In this document: positions 51,061 to 63,859 of the stretch, piece by piece
Layout of the letters: every line of letters begins with the position of its first letter
Numbering within the stretch: position 1 is the first letter of the stretch
NCBI RefSeq assembly: GCF_036321535.1
Contig: NC_087436.1
Coordinates: forward strand, 31,312,001 to 31,376,000
Direction of reading: 5' to 3'
Length of the DNA: 64,000 nt
From: Camelus dromedarius
Lineage: Eukaryota
Position numbers and translations under genes: made by a program
Notes under the pieces: generated by a model
Database searches by the model: none
What the model was told of the DNA's origin: nothing
The model's input: the letters and a program-made list of their open reading frames with translations, nothing else

Positions 51061-53802
51061 CTGCTCACTGAAATAAAAAGTCACAAATGGATTAGCAAAC
51101 TATTATAGAAGACATTTTCATATTTAAAGGCAATCATTTAAAACTGATATTTTATGATGAAATTGCATATACTTTCCTGGCTGCTACTTCCTTGAGCTGT
51201 AAGAGCGAGAGAAAAGGTGAAATATACAACTATCATGGAAGGAAATGTGAGAGTTTGAAATCATTTAATGTAAGAAAAAATTGTTTCTAGGTGTCTGTTG
51301 TCTGAAAGCTTGCTGAGGTGCGTTGGCACCTAGAGAAAAATGCAAGTAGGAGTAATGTTTTGTAAGTTTCCCCCTTAATGAAGAGGCTGCATTATTTTTA
51401 AATGGTGAACACTGAGTAAATAAGCAAGAGGAAAAAAAATTTTTTCATGTAAGATAAAAACAACTTTCCTTTGCAAGCAGCCACGTTCTCTGGAGGGAGG
51501 AGCGGGCGCTGGCACAGGACGGTGATGGACATCATCCTCGCTGTTCCCCGAGGTCCAGGCGTGCGGCGCTGTCTTAGAGGTTCCAGGAGCAGCTGCCACA
51601 AAACTCAGTTTGAGCTTGTAACACCTGCCAGAGATGGAGTCGCTTGGGAAGAGGAGGTCAGATGCTGATGGTCCTTTTGACGAGGGGATGCCCAGGCTGA
51701 TTCTAGTGACAATCTTGTGTCACATGTACTGAATGTGCTGATGTGGGAGTGGAGGGGAAGATAGACATTGAAGTTCTTTGTGGCAGAAGACAGGAAGCGC
51801 ACTCAGACCAGAAACAGGTCAAGAGCACACTAAGCTGCTGCCCTGAGATCAACCACCACTTCCCTCCCCGAGAGTTTCTGATGAGAGTAGAGAAATCACT
51901 CTTCCACACCCGCTCCCCTCCTACCAGCCCTTCCTAAATGCTCTAGCCAGCTCTTCATTTAAACCTCTCTTCCAAAATGCAGCTAAAAATCTCCAAGTGA
52001 GTGCACAGGGAGATATTTGTCATGATTAAAGATTTTGAGAATGGGAATCAAGTTGGTCCTATTCGATGTGAAAAGAAGCTGCGGAGAAGGTCAAAGGCCT
52101 GCGCTTAGTGAAGCAGAAGATTCTAATGGAATATCAGAGCTCGAGAGAGAGACGCTGACCTGTGAATACAGATTCGTACTCACCCTCTCCTTTGCTCTTT
52201 CAATTAATTTCGATTACCCAATTGCTGGTTTTGACCATGGAAGTTCAAACAACACCCAACAGAAACATTTCTAATGATGAAACATAGTTTGAATCAACTT
52301 TCTTCTAGAATACAATTCACCTGAAGCCTCAAACCTTACCCTGACCCACAGGGGTAAAAAGGCACACATCACAGTGTCCATCCCTGTACAGTTGGAAATG
52401 GATGCAGAATCAAAGCTAGGAGACCGTGCCCGTTGGGTGGATGCAGGTCTTTCTCTGGGTTTGTAATGTTTCAGGCTGCAGTGTGGGTGTGGGTGCAGAA
52501 CAAAATGCAGGTCCCCAGCAGCATTTCCAGCAGAGCTTCTGTTGTCTCCCACCAGGCAGCAGTATTTGCGGGACTGTAATTATTATTATTTGCTTTTTTA
52601 AAAGATCAGTTCAAAAATCTTGAGTAATAATTTACCTCACAAGAATTTGCTCATTATGTAGCTATTCCATCCCTTCTGCTCTTTCAAAAACCTTATTTTT
52701 GTAGCGAGGCATGAAATAAACTCCCAGAGTTTCTAGAGCAGGTCTTTTTCTATTCATGTGATTGCAAACAGAAACTCCTTATTCAAGAAGGAAAAGGTTA
52801 TTAAACCGACTGAAGGTCTTTCAATATTAAAATAGAAAGAAAGGAACTGTGACTGCCATCTTAACCGTGAGGCAGGATGTGAGAGGTGTGAGCTATGTGC
52901 AGCTCCAAGCCGGCCTGTCCAAACCGGCATGTGGCCAGCCGTCAATTTAAAAGTCAATTTGTTAATAATCTCATTTGCAATGTGTTCAGTTGTTTTTTTT
53001 AATATCTGCTTATTGTTTTGGGGTGTCTAGGCTTGTCTTCTAAATGAAATTCAAGTAAGTACGGGAAGCATCTTAGTACTCAAGCAATGATTCCGAAGTG
53101 CATCTGAGGTCAGAACATGGACCTCCTCCATGCAAACGAAGCCCTCCTCTACTAACTCTAGACCTTCAGCTAATTTAGCACTGATGTGGGGCAAGGGTTG
53201 AGGCTGATTATGTTGTAAAACAGAGTCCTGTAATTTTTGGCATTCTGACTGTCACCTCCCGTCGTTCAGCCATGCCACAAACAGAGCAATTTTCTTTTAT
53301 GAAACATATTCAATTGCATCCCAACCCAGAAGTTTTAGGGATTCTCTCTAGCAGCCTCTCCCTATGCATAAATTGTCCCAAAAGCATCCCAATTGCTCTC
53401 AAGACTGCAAGACATATAGAAATTACCAGACAATACCTCTGGAACACCACAGGCTTCACAGGGAAATTAGGCAGAAACGTCATATTAAGCCACCTTATTG
53501 GGCGTTATCAAGAAACAAAATGAACTAATTATTATTTCCTTTTTTCCCTCCAATGATTTGCAATTCCTGGATGAAACCTGAATAATACCAAAAGGTTTCA
53601 AGGCAACCCTTTAGAAAGTGACCTTTTGCTTTCCCCATTTCATTTGCCCTAAGTGTTAATTGACTTTGAAAAAGCAGTGTATTATCTTTTTAGAAAAAAG
53701 AAAAGGATAGACCTGATTTGTGAACACCAACATCCTACAGCATCAAAGTGTTGTTTAAATCATCGCCCAGCAGAGCTGAGAGCAACTATCCAGGAGAGAA
53801 CA

Positions 53803-53807
<5 letters not shown>

Positions 53808-53842
<35 letters not shown>
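53808..53842 (+). repeat. Pure A35 tract
   Basis: Directly visible. Confidence 0.97.
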
Positions 53843-53846
<4 letters not shown>

Positions 53847-53862
53847 CAGAATGAAAGAGTGC

Positions 53863-53881
53863 CACTGCCATCTAGAGGGAG
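53863..53881 (-). promoter_or_regulatory. Candidate CTCF binding site
   Basis: Minus strand CTCCCTCTAGATGGCAGTG fits the CTCF core CC(A/T)C(C/T)AG(G/A)(G/T)GGC(G/A)(C/G)T; motif match only. Confidence 0.55.
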
Positions 53882-55329
53882 ATGTGATAATAGCCAGCCA
53901 TCAACTCAAGCAAGGAAATGATTTTAATTATCCTGCATTGCTGGTAATTATCCTATGTATTTGGTGAGCAGAAGTCATATTTATTCACTCTTTGCTCTAA
54001 GAAAAGCATGGACTTGGTGGGGACTAGTGGATGTGGGAGTTTATGAAAGGTAGTTCTCGCCTAGTAAGATGCTTCCTGAGTTACTGGTAGGTACACAGCG
54101 TTGGTGTGAGTACTCGTGTGATTGTGTGAAATGACTTTGCTCAGAGCTTCAGAGGATCACATGTGAGTTTTCCTTAGACCTCTAGGCCCCAAATCAGTAT
54201 ACTTTCCACACATTTAGGACATTTCTTCCTTACAGCATAATTTGTCCTCCAGAATAAAAAAGAATTCCTTTAAAAAAATTCTGTTGCCATTCACTTGAAT
54301 GAAGTTGCAAAGACGTTTAATACATATTAAATTAAAATAGCCTAGAAGAATATGAAAGCAAGAGTACCTATAGCTATAAAAAAGCCAGATTTGGAAACAT
54401 TAGGCTTATAGAGCTTATGGAAGTGGGAGGCTAAGAAAATAAGGCTGTTGATGTTTTCATTAGTACTCAGGCCAGGTAAAAAGAAGATAGAAATTATTAT
54501 GGTATGTTATTAATCGCTTTTGACATACAATTGTTTAATTTAGAATGTAGATTTAATTTAGAAATAGAATGTAGTGCACATGGAACAAAGCTGCATCTCT
54601 TGAAAGCATTCTCCCCCTTGGAGAATTTTTTTCTGTTCTCAGCAATCTTGAGGAAAGGTGTTTTTGTGAATCATAATAACAATGCCTATATTTAATATCA
54701 TTATTTAGTGGTTAATTAAAGAGCATTTTTTGACTTTGAGCCAAAGAGTAGTATTTCCACTATGCCCTTGAAATTTCTATTTTAAAAGACTCTAATTTTA
54801 CTTCAGTTTTACCAACTCTGTTTCAGCAAAGAGCATTTCACCTGTCACGTGAGTCTTGTTAGCATTATTTAAACCATGGTCTTTCCCTTCATCAAACTGA
54901 AGAAGGGAATGGCACCAAATTAGTCGTTTAGCGTGATTTCTTCTTTGCGCCGTGAGTTTGCAAGTATCGAGCAGCTCTGTAATACAGGAAAGCAATACTT
55001 CTATTTCCTCATTTAAAAAAAATAAGTACTAGACTAAATGACTTTTATTCTTTTCACTGTGGAGTCCAAGATCCTGGTTATATTGCTACATGGTCATGTG
55101 GTTAAAAATTAGATATAAGCTAAACTAAAATGATCAACAAATACGAGTAAATAAACAAATGAGTAGAGCTTAAGTTTTACTCACGTTTGATTAGAAAATT
55201 AGTTATAATTAATTACTGTGTTAATATATGGAAATCTCTATAAGTAAAAAGTTATGTTGACATGGATAAAATTTATCAGAACATTTTTATACTGAATTAA
55301 AGTTTTCTTATTTTTGATTCTGCAGTTTT

Positions 55330-57385
55330 ATGATGATGAATCTAGATACAGATTTTCTTTCATACACCCTTCTTAGATGGATTCACCAGGCTTCCATGAT
55401 ATAAAACCTCCATGATCTTTCATCAGTTCTAGGAAATTTACAGCCATTATTTTTTGAAATATTTTATTTTCTCCATTCTCTGTGTTCTCTCCCTTGTGGA
55501 ATTCTGACTAGACATATGCTATATTTTCCTACTTTGTATTCTATGCTTTACTTAACTTCTCTTTCATGCTTCCCATTTCTTTGTCTCCGGGCACCTAATT
55601 CTGCACAATTTCTTCAGCTACATCTTCCAATTTATTAATTTTATCTTGTGCTGTTTCCAGTCTTCTGTTAAACCTGTTTACACAGTTTTTCATTTTAAAA
55701 TTTGCTTTTTAGATTTCTAGAAATTCTATTTTTTCATATCTGCTTAGTCATTTTATTAGCTTGTTCTTCATTAGTTTTAAAATATTACTCTATTTCTATA
55801 AACACACTGAATAAACATGCTTATTTTCTCTTCTGTCTCTAATATTATCAATACCTGAAGGCTTTTTGAACTTGACACTATCATCTGCTGCTTCTTATGG
55901 TTCTCACTTTCTTGTTTTGTTTCTTTTATGTTTTGGGATTTGGGTTATGAATTCATCTTCCTTAGGATATTCATGGGAATTTTTTTTCATTTTCTTAAGT
56001 TTAATTGCTATCAGTTTTGGTGATATCAGTTTTTTTCTTTTTTTTTAATTGACATATAGTTACAATGTGTCAATTTCTGGTGTACAGCATAATGTCCCAG
56101 TCATGCATATATATACATATATTCATTTTCATATTCTTGTTCATTAAAGGCTATTACTAGATACTGAAAAAAGTTCCCTGTGCTACACAAATTTGTTTTT
56201 TTATCTATTTTTATATATAGTGGTGAACATTTGCAAATCTCAAACTCCCAAATTTATCCCTTCCTACCTGCTTCTCCCTGGTAACAATAAGATTGTTTAC
56301 CATGTCTGTGAGTCTGTTTCTGTTTTGTAGATGAGTTCAAGAGTGTCCTCTTTTTCCTCTTTTCTTTTTTTAGATTCCACATATGAGTGATATCATGTGG
56401 TATTTTTCTTTCTCTTTCTGGCTTACTTCACTTTGAATGATGATCTCCATGTTGCTGCAAATGGCATTATCTTATTCTTTTTTATTGCTGGGTAGTATTT
56501 CATTGTGTAAATATACCACAACTTCTTTACCCAGTCATCTGTTGATGAACACTTAGGTTGCTTCCATGCCTTGGGTATTATATACAGTGCTGCTATGAAC
56601 ATTTGCATATATCCTTTCAAATTTGAATATACTCCAGATATATGTCCAGGAGTGGGATTGCTGTATCATATGGTAAGTCTATTTTTAGTTTTTTTTTTTT
56701 TTTGAGGAATCTCCATACTGCTTTCCATAATTCTGCACCAAACTACACTCCCACCAGCAGTGTAGGAGGGTTTTCTTTTCTCCACAGCCTCTCCAGCATT
56801 TATTGTCTGTAGATTTTTTGATGATGGCCATTCCTTCAGAGAAGGTTTGAATTTGCTTTTTCCATAAACCCAAAACACATCAATCTCACACCACTTCAGA
56901 CTTACATAAGGACTGTCCTGTGGCTAGAAATCCTTAAGAGATCTTTTCTGCCAGATTTCAAGAGAAGTAGCTTCCCTTATTGTGGTAACAGTGGAAAGGC
57001 AAGGACTATTATTTTTAGGTTCTGTTTCATTCTTATCCTGACGGTACAGGGCTTTGGGGTCCCATTTTCATATGAGGTCTCTTTTAAAATTCCCACATTC
57101 AGCAGGCCCTAGGCTTTTCCTCCCATTTTCCATACTCTGTGGAGACATAAAAACTAAAGATCAGACCACCTGAATTTGGAAAATACTCTCAGGGGGAAAG
57201 TTGGCCTCAATGTCCCAGTTATCTGTCAGAGTTCTCGCTTTGCTTAGGTTTTGCCTCCGAGAATTTCTTAATTCCTTGCCAGAACATCAATGATGTGATA
57301 GTGTGAAAGGTTTTCAGCTGTTTTTAGGCAAAAGGTCTGTCAAAGAATCTAGACAGCCTTACTGCTAAAAACAGAAGTCCATTTA
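55330..57385 (-). mobile_element. Ancient L1M/L1ME-like fragment hosting a younger L1
   Basis: ttcatcagttctaggaaatttacagccattattttttgaaatatt...ttctccattctctgtgttctctcc antisense old-L1 pattern; resumes after 56833. Confidence 0.65.
56030..56833 (-). mobile_element. 5'-truncated L1, same 3' UTR type as 853-2360
   Basis: Reverse complement closely matches ~1570-2360; ORFs with MFIAALY..KAWKQPKC and [19 protein letters not shown]. Confidence 0.95.
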
Positions 57386-57659
57386 TATTGAATCTAAGCA
57401 TAAATCTATACATGTATTACATTTTCTGTAACTAGGAATACTGAAAACTTTCTTTCTTGCTACATATTGCTTAATGATTTGACTGATCTTCCAAAATAAA
57501 CCTAAGATATCTTTCCATATAAATCTTTGAATATCAGTCCCTTGCATCAGGATAAAATTCAGTCTCCATGACACATCTTACAATATGTGTAGATCTAGTC
57601 AACATTTCTAGCTTTCCCTTTCTCTTCAATCAACACCATTACCATTATCCCCATCATTC

Positions 57660-58050
57660 AGTCATAGTGAGTCAAACTCATATTTCTGTTCTTTGTACTC
57701 GCTCAAACCTTTTCACATGTTCATTGCTAGAGCACTGTTTTCCTCCTAGTCTTCCTTCAAGTTTCAATTTATCTGTCACCTCTTGCAGGAAGCCTTTCCT
57801 GAATCCCAAATCCAGGTTGAGTCATGCCCTTCCTTGGTACTCCTACTTAGACATAATTCTTTATCACGTAATTCCCTGTCACAGTTTTTGTCACACTATT
57901 ACAACTGCCTGTTTATATTTCTGAATTCTTTACTATAACATACGCTTTATAAAAGCAGGTACATTTTGTCCTGTTCGGTTATATACTTGGCACTTACCAC
58001 AATCCTTGCAACATAATAGACACTCAGTGAATTTTCTATATGAAAATAAA
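57660..58050 (+). mobile_element. L2 3' end
   Basis: tgtcacctcttgcaggaagcctttcctga...acataatagacactcagtgaa. Confidence 0.7.
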
Positions 58051-59819
58051 GTATTTTTTGCTTTTTCCTAATTGTAAACAAAGGTATCATTGTGCCTGGG
58101 TATGTCTATGGAATTGAGTCATAAATTATTGAGTAATACAAAGATATAAGGATTTGTATTCACCTTAAGGACATCGTTATTTCAGAAACTTATTTTTATC
58201 CTGAAAAAGCAATCTTCCAAAATATTAAACACAAACCTGAAACTCAGTTAATGCAGTTGCCAAGAGGGCATCAAATCATAAAAGCTTCGAGGACTGTGTT
58301 CCTATTGTCTATAAAGAATGATTTAATTTCTTCATTATAATTCCTGCAGCATTGAAAGGAAACAAGGTAAAAGACTCATCAGAAGGTCTTCCTAACTGAA
58401 ATCTTAGGAGATTGTGGTAATTTGACATTCATTAAAACAAAAGTTAAAATGATTAGAGCTAGAGAGACCCTAATCTTGCCCGTGTCTAACCAAAGGGAGG
58501 AAAGGCAGTGTGATGTGCCTACAAGTTGTATAAATTTTACCTTTCTTCCTTTTTCTCTCTTCAGTCACTTGTTCTGTTTTTCTGTTGCTAATTCATTGCT
58601 TTCAAGATTCATGTGATGGCCTTATTTTCATCAGAATTAACCTAAGGAATTTAATTTAGCCAATATTGTACACATGCTACAGAATATCTGCCAGCTAAAC
58701 AATTTCAGGCTGAAATTGCAGCAACCACTGTGATTTTTTAAAATACGGAAGTAATTAGTCCTCCAATCCTTTGATTTTGATGAAATCAGAGCAAGTGGCA
58801 ATTTATAAACATGATACAATTTTGCACAATGGACATTGTTCTTTATGGCAAATAAAGTGTGTCAGGTTGTATATATCATAAACCACACTCAAAACATCAC
58901 AAGAAAATAGACTGGATTTTAAAACCATGAAATCTAGAGCACAGAGTATATGCCTAATATTGAAAAATCTACAGTATCATCAGTGACATGGTGGTGGGGG
59001 AGGTCCCCTGGAAATGCTTGAGTTTTTTATTCTTTAATTCCTTAGAAACATTTACAGAAGTATAAAAAGGTAATATAAGCAACCTCTTTAAAGTTTTTGT
59101 TGATTAGTTATAACTTGTGAGAGAATTAATTGAGCTCTTGAGTCAGCTTCAAAATTGTTGCTATAAAATTTCTGGGTCCAAATTAGATGGTCAGGCTTTT
59201 CCAGGATCTTAGACCTAGTAATATCTCATGATAAAGTTCTGTGAAATCCCTTTTCTGCGAGAGGAATGCGGCTCTTCTTTCTCACTTTCCGATGAAAGGA
59301 ATTAAATCCCTCTTTTTATAGATGATGTTCTCAGTGCATTATTATTGCACTGACATTTTACAGCAACTTACTACATTCACTAATAGTAATGGTGATTCCA
59401 ATACAAAGACAAAATTAAACAAACGTTTAAGTGTCTTATCTGGAATCACCTGTGGTAACGGTGAATCAGGGACTAGACCGGTATCTCAGCAATCTGTCTC
59501 CCATGCCTGTATTTTGTCCAGTAATTATTCACCCTCCCATTGAAGTATAACCGAATTTTTATTTCCTTGAGAAGCAACATGCCACTGCTTTCTCAAAGGT
59601 GCTTATATCTGGCTTAAAAGGATCTCTGATTCTAGACAGACTCTAAAGAGAGTCTCTTTAAAAAGAAGCCTGCTCTGCTCTGAGAGATGTGTACTGAGGC
59701 AACACACACTGTGAACCAGAAGAAACATGTTGCTTAACTGGATAATGACCCGGACTGAAGCCAAAGGTGTTTGTGGGAGGCAGCGGTACCAAAAGAAGGG
59801 AAGTGACTTGTGGCATGTC

Positions 59820-60070
59820 ATAAGGATCAGCATTAGTATTGATTTTAGTTACTTTGCTGACCTCAAAGAAGGAACATACAGTAAGACGGGGAAATGTGCT
59901 GATGACACAAAGTGGAGAAACTTAGTCAATACAAGGTAGGAGAACAATAAAACTAACTCAATACAAGGTAGGAAAACAATAAAACTAACAATGACTTGGG
60001 TAGGCTGGAATTATGGGCTGAAAACTGCCTTGTGCAATTCAAATTGGGGAAAGTCTAAATATAGTTACTG
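59820..60070 (+). mobile_element. CR1/L3 reverse-transcriptase fossil with a 32-bp tandem duplication
   Basis: Translates DLKEG...KCADDTK...LVNT, then NDLGRLELWAEN...QF...GK, matching the CR1 RT pattern DLDEG...KFADDTKL...NDLDRLEKWAE..MKFN.GK. Confidence 0.8.
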
Positions 60071-63000
60071 TAAAGTGAAATATACAAGAGACATAAACTG
60101 AACCTTTGATGGGCCAATTTGTTTTCAAACTTTTTCCCCAAAAGTTCAATGTGGACCTATTTTTTACTTTTCCAAACACTCAGGAGCTGTAATGCTGGAT
60201 ATAATTCCATGCAAAAGGCCAAATGACAGAAAATGTTAGCAGTATTGGGGGATATTATGTCTCCGTTCTTGAGAAAAATAAAAGGAACTATAATGAAGTT
60301 TGAATATTGTCAGGCAAAGCTAGATTAATCCCTCAGAATGATAAAATTACCACGCTGGATCTAATCAGTATGCAACACCATGGAAAGTATTTCCACTGAC
60401 AGAAGGTATAATGGAGGAGAAAATTTCAACCTTTCTCAAATCTACAATTCTAAATAAAGGCTGCAACCAAGAAAAGATCTCAACTGAGAAGTAGATGGCA
60501 ATCTTGAGTGTTCTTATTTCCAGTTATTATTATCTGAGTGGGATTCAGATAAGGAATAGTCCAAGGTGTTGAAAGAAACATGAAATAAACGGGGCAGGAG
60601 GGACACTGATGTCTTCAGACTGGCCGTGACTCACAGGCAAACAGTCCAGCACGCGTCTTTTGGAGTCACTCTTGTTTAAAGACCTGTTTCTTCAGAACTG
60701 TCCCATCATCAGAATTGTCTTACAGTAATTCCTGAGGTACTTGGGTACTTAAATCCACACATATTCTTTGGCTATCTATAAGAGAATTAAAACTTCTATT
60801 CAAAAAAATTATTTAAATTTTTGTTCAAAATATTTTGTTCTGTTTAACGGAAAATGGTTCTTTAAGAAAAGTATGATTGAAGAATTTTTAATAGAAGCTA
60901 TTATCTAACGTTTCTTTTAAAGTGTGTGCAGGGGTCCAGCTAAGGGGAACCAAGTGTGAAGCGTTTAAAGAGTGAACAATCTACTGCATAAAAAAAAAAA
61001 TCCATATCAGAGGAAGAAAAGAGACAGGTATTTTCACTCCTGCATTTGAGTACTAGGAGAAATACTTTATTCTAATTAGCAGAAAATCAGACATAAGGGC
61101 TTCAACCCTTTCAAGAGCCCTATACCATTACTTAGATATTTCTTATCTTTCTGCTTTTTCTGCATGGAAAAGTGGACTAATAACAATAATAATAACAACA
61201 ACAGTAAATACATTTGGAACTCTTACCATGTGGCAAGCAGGAGGGTGAGTAAAGCTAGAAACAAGGGACCAGAGAGTAGACATTTTGTGACTCACTTTCC
61301 TTTGACTGTTTCTTCTTTGTTAGTTGAAAGAGAAGAAATTTAAGTAGTAACAGCTAAAGCAGCACGGAGGTGGTCTGAAACCACCGACTTGCTGAGTTGG
61401 AAAGGAGACTATAATCAACCACTACGCATGATTCGTGTCAAAACACACAGATAAAGTAAAAATTCTGGATTATTGAGAAAAACACCAAATTGTACAAAAG
61501 ATGGTTTACTAACTTTAAAATGTTTGTTTTGCTTCAGGTCTGTCTTTGGGATGTGAGCAAACGTTTATTGAGCATCTGTTACATGCCAAGTACAAATCAC
61601 CTGATTTCAGTTTCACACTGATTTTATGCATTAAACGTCATTAGTCCTATTTCATGCAGGAATTACAGCCCATAACATTTAAATAAATTGTCCACAGCAA
61701 AACAAATGTAACTGTCAGAGCCAGAACTCAGAATTAGGTCTGTCTATTTAATCCTAACTACTTTCCTTTTTTCCATTCATAATAATGCTAATTTGGTATA
61801 CAAATAATACTAATTTTCAAGTTCACAATAATACTAATGTACCCAGATATTGAAACACACTGCAATTTCCAATATTCCATGAAATTAGAGAACAATTCTC
61901 AAGGAATTTTGACTTTATGTACATTTTTACCTTATGTATATTTTGTAAGAGTAACATATATTGGGATAATTTTAAATTCAAATAACTAGAGTCCTTTACC
62001 CAATTTTTCTTCATCACACTCAATTTCTGCTTCCACTCATTGGTTGCTTCAAACGTGTTTCAAACATCATTTCTTTGACCCACCTGAAATCTAACCCTAT
62101 AAATAAGAAAAGCTTCCATTTCTAACCCTAAATCATAAATTTAGTATACGGAAGCCCTTTATCCTTTGTTAATTTTGCATGGAGCAGTATTTAGGCTTTC
62201 ATTAACTCTTCTGATTGCCTTTTCCTTTTTTCTTTCTTCATGTTTGTTTTTTTGGTAGATGTTATAACTACTTTTACTAAAAGAGGTAAGGATGAAAAGT
62301 GTGGGAGGAAAGAAGTGATGACCAGTACTTTGGTGCCCAAATCCGACCCATACTTCCTATGACTTTTACTAACTTACTATCATTTCTTTCCACTCTGCTG
62401 CCTTCATCATTTCCCACACTTTCCTCTCTATAGCACATGGAGAAAAAGAACAGTTGGAGAACTGAGAGAAGAAATAAAGAAAATTGAAAAGTTAGCTAGA
62501 AAGTAATTAGTAAGTTGGTCAGCAAGTTGAAGGGAAGGGAAGAAATAAGAGTGAAGAAGGGAGGGAGGGAGGAAGGAAGGGAGAAATGGAGGGGGACAGG
62601 CAATTCTAAGGGAAGAAAAGGAGTTTTGATCCTTAACAGGGTAACAGAATTTTTTTAAGTTTCATGACTACTCCCCTGAAAATGCTTATAAATACAAAAG
62701 TTTGCTAACAATTTCAAGAGTTCACAGATCTCTCTCCAAAGCCCATTCATAGATTGAATCCTTGCATTGGGATTTACTGTAAAAGTATGTCTCTGAATGA
62801 AAAATATAACTGAAAGACAATTTTGAGAGACATTTTTTGGCTGTCGCCTTTGGCATAAAGCAGCTTGATATACAGAGACTGGGATGTACAATACTCGGGG
62901 GGGGGGGAATATAAACAGAAAGCACAAAAAGGGCAGATTATATGATAGGACACCAAAATGCCTGAGGGACGCACTAGGAGTCTGACCCCGGATGGCACCA

Positions 63001-63198
63001 CATTGGCATATATCGGTTTCTTATGATACCATTGAGCTTTTCCTTAAAGAGCTCGCCCCAGCCTATCTGCCCTCCACTGCGGGTGGCTTGAGTCATCACA
63101 CTGCTTTAAAGAATGCAATCTGCTCTCCAGCTGGGAGCAAAGGTGAATTTAGTTCTGCTCTTTCTTGTCTCTTGAATAACACTTTCCTGACTGCTCAC

Positions 63199-63464
63199 CT
63201 CATCCTGTCAGCATCCCGTCACCATGTGCAGGGTTGGATCAGCCAGATGGAGTTCATCCAATGCTCTGTATCCATCTGGCAATGTGACGTCTGAGACAAT
63301 GCCATTCCTCAAGGAATCAGTTGAGAACTGGCACACCTGAAGTTTTTCACACAAAGCTCTGTCCGAGTACCTTTCCCTGATGTAACATTGCATCAGGTTA
63401 AGTCTGGACCCAGTTGTGAAGTCGGTGAGTGTGGATAATACTCACTGACGATAAGCTGCTCAAT
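63199..63464 (-). other. Candidate spliced exon (266 nt, probably non-coding)
   Basis: Pyrimidine-rich tract ttctctgtttctctgattattttattctacccaccAG acceptor and GAG|GTGAGC donor in non-repeat sequence; no frame open across the whole exon. Confidence 0.3.
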
Positions 63465-63859
63465 CTGGTGGGTAGAATAAAATAATCAGAGAAACAGAGA
63501 AGTATAAGAGCCCCCAGAAGTGTTTATTCATCCTGTGGATGAACAGAATCTCTTGGGGAATACTTTTCGTGGCTCCCAATGCCTACCAAATAAAGGGAAG
63601 ACTCTATGTCTGTTTTATTCTGAAATCTGTTCCTGTTTCTAGCTTTATCTCTCCCTGTGGGTCCCCTCTTAGTCTGGACTTCAACTAACTTTACACAAAC
63701 CCTGAATTTTTCCCTTCTGCTATCTTATGATTTGATTTTCCCATTCCTATTCATATTTCTAATCTTCCCATATCAAAATCTCATCTATACTTTGAAGCCC
63801 ACCCTCTCTACCAAGAAATCCTCCTTTAAGCTTCCATCTTTATCCCAGAAGAACAAGGC

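Noticed and set aside
59565..59600. Small imperfect hairpin ccttgagaagca...tgctttctcaaagg
   Set aside because: Too short for a pre-miRNA and expected by chance
62992..63294. 100-aa + strand ORF
   Set aside because: No homology; the nearby splice signals favour the minus strand
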